From: the human T2T-CHM13v2.0 reference genome, Homo sapiens
Assembly (NCBI RefSeq): GCF_009914755.1
Contig: NC_060930.1
Reading direction: 5' to 3' (one strand)
DNA: 64,000 nucleotides
Position 1 is the first letter of the stretch. Every line of letters begins with the position of its first letter. The notes below the pieces were generated by a model, which saw only the letters and a list, made by a program, of their open reading frames with translations, did no database searches and was not told the DNA's origin. Shown piece by piece: positions 51,369 through 64,000 of the stretch. The translations under genes were made by a program, and so were the position numbers.

Positions 51369-51663
51369 GGCCGGGCACAGTGGTTCACACCTGTAATCCC
51401 AGCACTTTGGGAGGCCGAGGCGGGCGGATCACCTGAGGTTGGGCGTTCAAGACCAGCCTGGCCAACACGGAGAAACCCCGTCTCTACTAAAAATACAAAA
51501 ATTAGGCGGGTGTGGTGGCACATGCCTGTAATCCCAGCTACTCAGGAGGCTGAGGCAGGAGAATCTTGAACCTGGGAGGTGGAGGTTCAGTGAGCCGAGA
51601 TCGTGCCATTGCACTCCAGTCTGGGCAAGAAGAGTGAAACTCTGTCTCAAAAAAAAAAAAAAA
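51369..51663 (+). mobile_element. Alu (AluSp/Sq-like)
   Basis: full Alu with poly-A. Confidence 0.95.
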
Positions 51664-51818
51664 TTATCTCTGAATTATGTTCTTATAAATTGCAAACAGA
51701 CCTATTCCTCCGCACATGGCAACATTGAAGATTCCTCTATTTACTTCCACATGGTATTGCTTCTGCCTAGAATTCTGCATTGATCAGTTTTGTTGATTAA
51801 CTCCCACACATCCTTTAG

Positions 51819-52255
<437 letters not shown>

Positions 52256-52562
52256 AGATTTCTTTTTCATGATTTGTTTTTTCTACTAGACTGTAAGCTA
52301 CCTATAAATAGATAACTAATATATTTAGTTTAATATTATATCGTTAGGACCTGGCACAATATCTGGAACAAACCAAGTGTGCAATAAATATTTGTAAAAT
52401 TATGATATATTTTGCTTTTTCTACTGTATAAGAGATACTATAGGAATACATAGATAGATAATTGTTGTTAGCCCTTATGGGGACGCTTAGTGTCTCTATT
52501 GCCTTCAAGATGAAAAGATACATTGTATTAGGGATAAAAAGGAATACAAAAAAATGTAGTGA

Positions 52563-52904
<342 letters not shown>

Positions 52905-53064
52905 AATAATATTTGTAAATATTAAACATTAAGGAAATTCATGATGCTAGAGAACTATATATTTATTCAGTAATGTCATTAAATGAGTTTATACATTATT
53001 AATTACAGTATTATATAATTTTTGGGGATGATATATATGGTGAGAGACATAGACTATTATTTAT

Positions 53065-53340
53065 TTCTGTATTTATTTTTAATTGACAAAAATTGCATAT
53101 ATTTATCATGTACAACCTGTTTTGAAATAGGTATACATTATGGAATGGCTAAATTAAATTAATTAACATATGTATTATCTCATATGCCTATTTTTGTTGT
53201 GATGAGGACACTTAACATTCACTGTCAGCAATTTTTGAGAATACAATACATTGTTATTAACTACAGATAACCATGTTGTTTAATAGATCTTTTGAATTTC
53301 TTCCTCCTATCTAGCTGAAATTTTGCATTCTTTGGCCAAC
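53065..53340 (-). mobile_element. L1MA-type 3' end
   Basis: aattgacaaaaattgcatatatttatcatgtacaac...gtatacattatggaatggctaaatt...ctagctgaaattttg. Confidence 0.8.
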
Positions 53341-54024
53341 AAATGTACAACCTTTTTGGTAGCTGGATACATATATCACACCCCTTGCAATATTAGCCCC
53401 AGAGTCCCCACGCTTTTTGGTTGCTGGGTGTCTAGAGCTCAGGTTGAGGAAATTAAGACTTCAGGAATATTTCTAACAGGAGAAGAAGACTGAAAGGATA
53501 ATTGAGAGGATTGAAGGATTTGTTGATTTCTAGTGCTGGGGGAATTTACGTATGCCCTTCAATTTTGTATTGTTTAAAAATTTTCATCTTCCTTTTCAAG
53601 ACTACGTGGATTAATTTTAAATACTCTTTAAATAACCAGCAGTTGCTCTGGCATGTGTTCACTGATGACCATATTTAGTTAAGAAGACACTGTTCTTCTG
53701 TATTTGCTTTCAGCTCTGATAGACAGTAGGGAAATAAGCACTTTAAAGTACAACAAACCAAAGCATTATGTAATAGGCAGAAGCAAACACATAATCAGAT
53801 AAATGTATAAATATTTACAGAGTTTAGCTGCATTGGGCATTAAAACAAATAAACAAAAATCCACACTGTCACCCTTCTTTCAAAATTTTAGTCAGGCAGC
53901 CTTCAGGTAAAGCAAAGAAACTTTCTAGGCATTGAAACTGATGTGAGAGCTAATACTTACCTTGGGCTAAAATATGCCAGCTAAGTGATTTATAGGTAAT
54001 AATTCATATAGTGCTTATGCTAAC

Positions 54025-54388
54025 TGTAATGGATGCTGTGGTGTGTCACACAGATGTCCCCCTATAGGCCCAAGGCATTGCTCCCATTTCCAGAAGTGTT
54101 GTCTGCTGACAGCTCATAGCTAAATCCTTCCCTAGAAATTGCTCTTGGCAGGGAGGAGCTGCCTGTCCAAGGCTACAGACTTTTTCAGGCCTGTATCCAA
54201 TCACTGGTCAATATCTCTTCAGGGCCACGCCAGCTTCGGAGCTGGAATTAGTGGGATCAGCTGAGGCCTCTGTTGCCGCTGCCTCACCGTTCAACTTCTC
54301 TCTCTCCTCAATCTTGCTTCTCTCACTGCCTTACTGGTGTTTGTCCTGAGAGCATGCCCTCCACAAATGTAACATTTCTCAGAGTGCT
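54025..54388 (+). mobile_element. LTR16C-like (ERVL) solo LTR
   Basis: tgtaatggatgctgtggtgtg...gtgttgtctgctgacagctcatagc...ggatcagctgaggcctctgttg matches recalled LTR16C. Confidence 0.7.
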
Positions 54389-54389
54389 A

Positions 54390-55178
<789 letters not shown>

Positions 55179-57546
55179 ATTTTAGGGTAGGTTCTTAAGC
55201 TAGGGTGGAAATTTATGGAGAAGATGGGAATAGAAGTCAAAATACTGAAAAAGGTATTTTAGAAAGGTAGAGATGGCTGCATGGTGTGTGATGGTGTATG
55301 ATGGGATGGAAGAGCTGGATGCAGGTATGTTAAGTACCAATAATTAGAATTTTCTAGTAATATAAAGATATGTGGTAAAGAGGGTCAAACCTTGGGCAGT
55401 GGCTGTGGAAACACAGAGGAAAAAAGTAAACCTGGGTGATATCTTAAAGAATTGGCGAGATTCTGTGCATACAGGGCAAACAAAGAGGCAGTGAAAAGCA
55501 GCCAGGCAATTTGAAGAACAAAAGTCTGAGGAAAGTAATACCATTGAGGGAAAATATAGGGAAACCAAGGAAGGTGCAATAGTTGGGGCCGTGGTGAAAA
55601 ATTCTGATGTTGAGGTGAGAGTGAGTAATAGATGTGAAAAGGATTGAGAAGAATCTGAACGAGAAAGGAGTTTTTCTAGAAAGCCAATGGTTTTATTAAT
55701 TGTGATCTTTAAAAGGCAAGATTTCTGGTTGTAGCTTTTCTGGCTAAAATTTTGAGGGACAGAGAGGCAACAGATGTGGCTGCCTGGAACAGGTGCCATC
55801 CTTCTATAAAAGGGAGACGAAGACATTGGAATGGGGAAGGGCATCAGAATTGGGTTTGCAAAGAAAAGGGTCAAGATAGATTCATTCATGGAGATCACGT
55901 GAGGGGCGGATGCTGTCTTTTTACAAACTAAATCCCTTTCTACGTGGGTCCTATGGGAGGTATTCTTCCGTGAAATCTACCAATTCCAAAACTGACTCAG
56001 TGATTTTGCTACGTTTTCACTTTTGGGGGTTGTTTTCGAATGAAGTTTCAAGGTCATTGTGTCTCTTCTGTTCTTTCGCTTAAGAGCAACATGGTAGAAT
56101 GCCTAGGCAACACCAAGGGGTTCAGAAGAATTATTTCTGTTTTTCCGCAAGGCTTAATAAGAAAGCAGCGTATTCTCCCTGAGGAAAATGACAGTTCATG
56201 AGGGCCAAATATATTTCTGTAAATTGTGAAGGATAATAATATTGTTCCAATTAAGCTCTTCATGCTCACAGTATAGAGGCCAACCTGACCTTATACAAAT
56301 AGGACAGTAGGAAAAGAAAGAGGTGCTATTGCCAAAATACTCTCACCTGGAAGATAAATGTCTCAACTAAGCAGTTGCCAAAAAACTCTAGAGAAACTAG
56401 GAGCATCATTTTATTGTTTCAAACAGATGACTAGATGAATTTTTAAATTGAGAAACTATCGGGAGCTGGAATCAGGGAATTTGAAAGTATCAGCCATGCT
56501 TAGCCAAGTGGCCTTTCTCAGGGTCTAGGATTTCTTATGTTCCAATAACAAAGCCGAAATCCTTTAGGCAAACAGTCCTAGAAAAAAAATTTATTATTGG
56601 TTCACTAGATGAATTTAACTTTGAGCTCCTAAAGTATATTTGTTTTACTGAGTATTGGTGATGTTTTCTAGGAGGCTTCCCTATAATTCATTTGCCCTAA
56701 AAATGATCAAGGCCAAATTTTATTGAAGGTCCACCTTTTCTTTTCTTGCAGACTTCGTAAGATGAAGAACAAAAACCTGAGAAGTAGGCTTTTCTTAGTT
56801 TGTCTGTGAGCAATAATGTTGTCTATTAATGTACTTTTAAATATACAGTGAAAAAAATTATCTCTACAGTCAGTAAAATATACTAGAGGTGGGAAGAAAG
56901 AAGAACTCACAACTGTACTTAAAATTCAATTAGATGGGCTGCAGGCTTAGCATGAGATTAGCTTGCATACTGATTTTTTTTTCTCCCCTTAAATGCTTAA
57001 ATTTTATCCTTAACCATTAATATAAATGTTCATGCTAAAGGATCAATACATGCCGTGGAAGCCTTCTTTTTTTTAAGTGAATTTTTGCCTTATTTAAGGA
57101 AACAAAATGCATTTGGGAAAGAAAGAAAGAAAGTACAATTTCATGCTCATTGAGCAGACATATACTCATGCTACCTGTGGCCCTTTTGGGAAAAGCCTCC
57201 CTTTTGAAGATTCCTAATTCTTATTCTGTGATATGGTATGCTTGACTCTAAAGGGCAAAATGTAGCTATATGGCTTTTTCTCATTGATGATTGAAATGTA
57301 TGCCAGTCAAGTCTATGGTGGTAAAAACCTTGATCCATCATTTTATAAGGCCGCTTTCTCAAGTGACACCCTCACACTACAGCAGTTTTCAATGGAGACT
57401 TACTCCTCCAACTTCTTTCCTTCCAGGGGAAAAACTTCAAGATGGTTCATTTGATTGTCTAGAATTTCTTAAACTTGGTTACTGATGATAAACTGATCAT
57501 CAGTTCAAATGTTTAGTCCCCAGAATTCTTTTAAAAAATGACATCT

Positions 57547-57846
<300 letters not shown>

Positions 57847-58307
57847 CATCTTATAGGGAGCTCCACAGAAAAAGGAGCTTATGAGGCTGAGGCTGGTGAG
57901 AGGATGAAGGGGTGAGGAGGTAGGGAGAATAGAGTTAAACTTTTGCGATTTTAAGGCCCAATTAGTGCTATTCTATTCTATACTGCTGCTATCTGGGAAA
58001 GAGGAAAAATATCACCCAAATTCTTCTTGCCTCATGGGTTTCTGTTTATGAAACGTGAAGAATGATTGCATCTCTGAGAACAGCCTTTACCTCTCAGGTG
58101 TTATGCTAGGAATGGGTGCTAACTCTTGTTACTTCATCTACCTGTGCATGCCCCAAGTCTCTTATGCCTGGAATGAATTAGCAGTAATCCCTGACTTTTA
58201 CTCAGTACTCTACACTGTATGAAAGATACCCTGCTCTTACAGAAAGTAACGAAGCCATCATGGACATGGTGTTCTTTCTTTGGAGACAATAAAAAGCACA
58301 TTTCTTA

Positions 58308-58697
58308 TGTTAAAAGAAAAACTTTAGACTAGTTAAATTTAACAGAATTTAATTGAGCAAAGAACAGTTCAAGAATCAGGCAGCCTCCTGAACCAGAATA
58401 GACTGTGGCACTGCCGGGTGGTGAAGAAAAATTTATGAACAGAAAAGGAAAGTGACAGACAGAAAACGGAAGTGAGGTACAGAAACAGCTGAATTGGTTA
58501 CAGCTTGGTATTTGCCTTATTTGAACACAGTTTGAACAGTTGGCTGCCTGTGATTGGCTGAAACTCAGTGATTGGTGCAAGAGTAGGTTAGTCTGTTTAC
58601 ACATCCAGTTAGATAACAGTTCACTATGTATGGAGAAACCTTTATGGCAAACTTAAAATGTGTAAGGAAGCAGCTTTAGGCCAAACTTAATTTAACA
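58308..58697 (-). mobile_element. MER57-like (ERV1) solo LTR
   Basis: TG...CA termini (tgttaaaag...tttaaca), 4-bp TSD CTTA at 58304-58307 and 58698-58701, MER57-like sequence. Confidence 0.8.
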
Positions 58698-58786
58698 CTT
58701 AAAGGGCCAATCGTTTTGAAAGAGTTGACTAGGATTCTACTTATAAATATTCCAGTTATTTAAGTGTAGAATGCTGAAAAGAGTCC

Positions 58787-58792
<6 letters not shown>

Positions 58793-58828
<36 letters not shown>
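58793..58828 (+). repeat. A36 homopolymer
   Basis: 36 uninterrupted A, no retroelement body attached. Confidence 0.9.
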
Positions 58829-58831
<3 letters not shown>

Positions 58832-59775
58832 CCTTTGCTGTGAACTGTTTCTTTTTACTACATTGTGAATTGGACACTTTTGTTTCTTTTAAGCTTTTGT
58901 ATTTTATTTTGCTTTTCCAACTTGGTTCTTTGATGACAATCATGTCACACCTGAAGACTCTCTTTTTTTCCTTCATGCTCTCTTTCATTTGCTTTCATGC
59001 TAGCTTAAGGGCAGCTTCATTCCTGCATATATTTGTTATTTATTTATATAATTATTGATTTAGCAATTTGGTTAAAAAATGTTATTTTCACATACTACTT
59101 TTCCTTTCAATCACTTATCTGGTCTACTTTTTATTTCTTTATAGGCCTGCACTTTCTTGTTGATGTTTCTTTTAAAATGAAACTGTCCAAGGATATGAGC
59201 TTTTTCCTAAATCTTGCTGAAGTTTATGAATATATTTATTTATTTTTGTGGAGGGGGGGAGAGAGCAAGGTTGTGTTTTTATTTTTTAAGGAAAAATTTA
59301 TTGTTTTAGTTTGTTAAAAATGTTAGTGTGAAAAATTAGCAAAATAGTAATTACTTGTTGAAAAAATTATCAAAAATATAAAAGTGTAAAAAATGGCAAA
59401 GAATGAAACTGTTCTAATAGGTCCTTAATCCCACTCTCCAGAGGTAACTGCTATTAATAGTTTATATACGTCCAGATATTTTGCTATGTAGAAAATAGAT
59501 AGATATGTCTACACAAATCTATCTATAACTGTGGCTGTATCTGTTATATCTATTATATATGTATATATTTTAGCAAATGTAACATCTATGTATAATCAAT
59601 TCTCATTATTTACAGTAATTATGTTTTATAAAATTGCCATGAACACTGAATTAGTTAATACTAAAACATTGCTCCTAGGGGAAATACAGAGTTAGGTTCC
59701 TGTGAGCCTATGGTTACATTTTTTTCCCACTGTATTAGTCCGTTTTCATACTGCTATAAGGAACTACCTGAGATT

Positions 59776-60363
<588 letters not shown>

Positions 60364-60558
60364 GAACTACCCGAGACTGGATAATTTATAAAGAAAAGAG
60401 GTTTAATTGACACACAGTTCAGCATGGCTGGGGAGGCCTCAGGAAACTTACAATAATGGTGGAAGGTGAAGGGGAAGCAAGGAATCTTCTTCATAAGGCG
60501 GCAGAAAAGAGAAGTGAACACAGGAGGAACTACCGAGCGCTTATAAAACCATCAGATA

Positions 60559-61185
<627 letters not shown>

Positions 61186-61516
61186 TCACTCACTATCACG
61201 GGAACAGCATGGGGGATTATGGGGACTACAATTCAAGATGAGATTTTGGGTGAGGACACAACCAAACCATATCACCAACTTGTCAATACATAATCTTGTT
61301 CTATGTGTATTTCTGTTTAAAGACACCTTATTCAGTGTATATCATTAATTCATCAACACTGAACATTAATTCATTAACATTGAACTCATAGCCAACAGTA
61401 CTATAACTCATGTCTGAAAAAAGCTTATCAAACACACGTATTTTCTCCAATGGCACAAATGGTCCTTTTCCCTGTAAGGCACATCACAGACTTTGTGCCC
61501 TTAAAAACACTAGAGT

Positions 61517-61885
<369 letters not shown>

Positions 61886-62169
61886 CTAAATAGATTGCAA
61901 AAAGGACACTTGTTTACAGTATGAGAGCTGAAACAAGAAGGCAGAGTGTCATTTTCTTCTTCAGCCTCAGCTAGGAATGCACATTGTTGTATATAACAGA
62001 GAAAGTGTCATGAGTGTTGCTTTTGGGATTACAAATTGGCTTAGTGAGTAGGTGAATTAACAAACAGAATCAATGAATAATGAGGATCAACTCTTTATCT
62101 TTCTATAATGTGTTTTCTTTTCCTTCCTCAACAATAATGTAGGCACATCTTTCCATATCATTGCCTATG

Positions 62170-62520
62170 GTCTTTAATTTATTCATCCCATGTTTGTTGA
62201 GCACCTACCAGGAACTGTGCTTATTGCTGGGACACTGCACTGAGAAAAACAGAACAGAATCGTGCTCATGGAGCATACATTCATTATGAATAGAAAGTTT
62301 ATTGTTATAATAGATAGGGGTAAGCACCCCGAAGAAAAATGAAACAGTATTAAGTGTAGAGAATGACAAAGAGAGCGATTAGCTAGAATGGTTATGGAAG
62401 GCTTTTCTGATGAGTTGACATTTGCACAAGATTTGAATGACCTGAAAGAATCAGCCAAGCAGACCAAGAAGCTAATGAAGATTATGTTTCAAGGCCCCCT
62501 CACTAGCAGTGGCCTTATGT
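62170..62520 (-). mobile_element. L2 3' remnant
   Basis: atgtttgttgagcacctaccagg...ggaaggcttttctgatgagttgacatttgcacaagatttgaatga. Confidence 0.75.
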
Positions 62521-62673
62521 CTTTTTAAGATTGCAAAGTAAGATATTTGAACTGCAACTGGTTAAGACCAATTGCAATCTGGGCTTTCCTCTTTCCTTTT
62601 CAATTTCCCTTCTGGCATGCTCCTCCTTGTATTGGGTGGTATTGGCCACGGGCATTTTCGGAATTGACAAACG

Positions 62674-63166
<493 letters not shown>

Positions 63167-64000
63167 TCCACCATACAGATACTTATGCTCCATTGACCCT
63201 TGAATTTTCTCTAAATTGGTAACTAGATTTGGAAGCTTGATGAGACTAAGGCTTGATTTTTTTTTTTTTTTTGTATTACACACATCCATCAGGAGATCTG
63301 TAATGTAACAGTCTTATCTTAAATAATTTAATTATTTACCACCCTGGAGTCAAAGGACAGATGTAAGTGATTTATTGACAATCCTTTTGGAAAAATGGCT
63401 ATAAAAACAGGTACACCTGGTTTGCATTTGTGAGGATAACCCTGGAAAAAAATGTTTATACCATGACCATAATCTTTTCAATAAGTAACATTACTGACTA
63501 CAGTACTGAATTCTGACTCCGGAATCTTGGCAGTACAGATAAGTTAAATGATGTCATTTCTAATTGGCGAATTGGGGTCCTAGTGGAATAATTTGGAGTC
63601 TTTTACACTGATCAATGTTGAGGTTAAGGGATTGAAGCCATTTCTTAAAGATTTTTTTTTTTAAGGTTAAAAAAAAGCACTGCATTTCCCAATGCTATAT
63701 GGTAGGAAAAACTTTTAAGGCTACAAGATTTTTGATGAGTGTTTTCATCCTTTGAGCGTCTACGGGATTGCCTCTGTGGCTCGGACTTTATTGTCTTCAT
63801 AAGTATAATCTTTGGCTGTAGCTATTTTAGTTCCTGGGAGTCTCCATCTCCCCTTTATCCTGTACACGCCTGAGTTATTATTGCCCACTTCATCTGTGGC
63901 TGTGGTCTGACTGATAAATTAGACAATCCTTTCTCCTTTGCCTTCCAGGATTAGGAACACTCTCAGCCCCCACTCCTCGTTCTGGACAAATACATGCAAA

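Noticed and set aside
55344-55898. Longest ORF (184 aa, minus strand)
   Set aside because: S/F/L-rich antisense reading of purine-rich decayed L2-like sequence; no domain or splice support.

Overview
Primate (human-like) genomic DNA, AT-rich and repeat-dense: about 35 Alu copies or fragments plus MIR, L2, old L1, solo LTRs (MER57, THE1, LTR16C, MLT1-type) and DNA-transposon relics (MER82, MER47, MER104, ORSL, MER5, MER63). I see no intact protein-coding gene; most ORFs in the track are Alu translations or chance ORFs. The main signal not explained by repeats is at about 7.25-16.45 kb on the + strand. It consists of a CpG-retaining, RFX X-box-like promoter patch, a strong-Kozak ATG and a chain of candidate exons whose splice phases join up, including two paralogous 25-nt microexons (LPRIQFKK / LPRIQLKK) inside a diverged ~150-bp duplication. 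Scattered in-frame stops and an Alu inserted into the largest exon suggest a decayed multi-exon gene (candidate unitary pseudogene or lncRNA remnant, possibly testis/cilia-related). This is an inference that needs comparative genomics. A nearly repeat-free block at about 40.4-44.3 kb carries dense TF motifs (enhancer-like). Several multi-layer transposon nests and closely spaced inverted Alu pairs are also present. Repeat family names come from recalled consensus sequences, and repeat boundaries are approximate.
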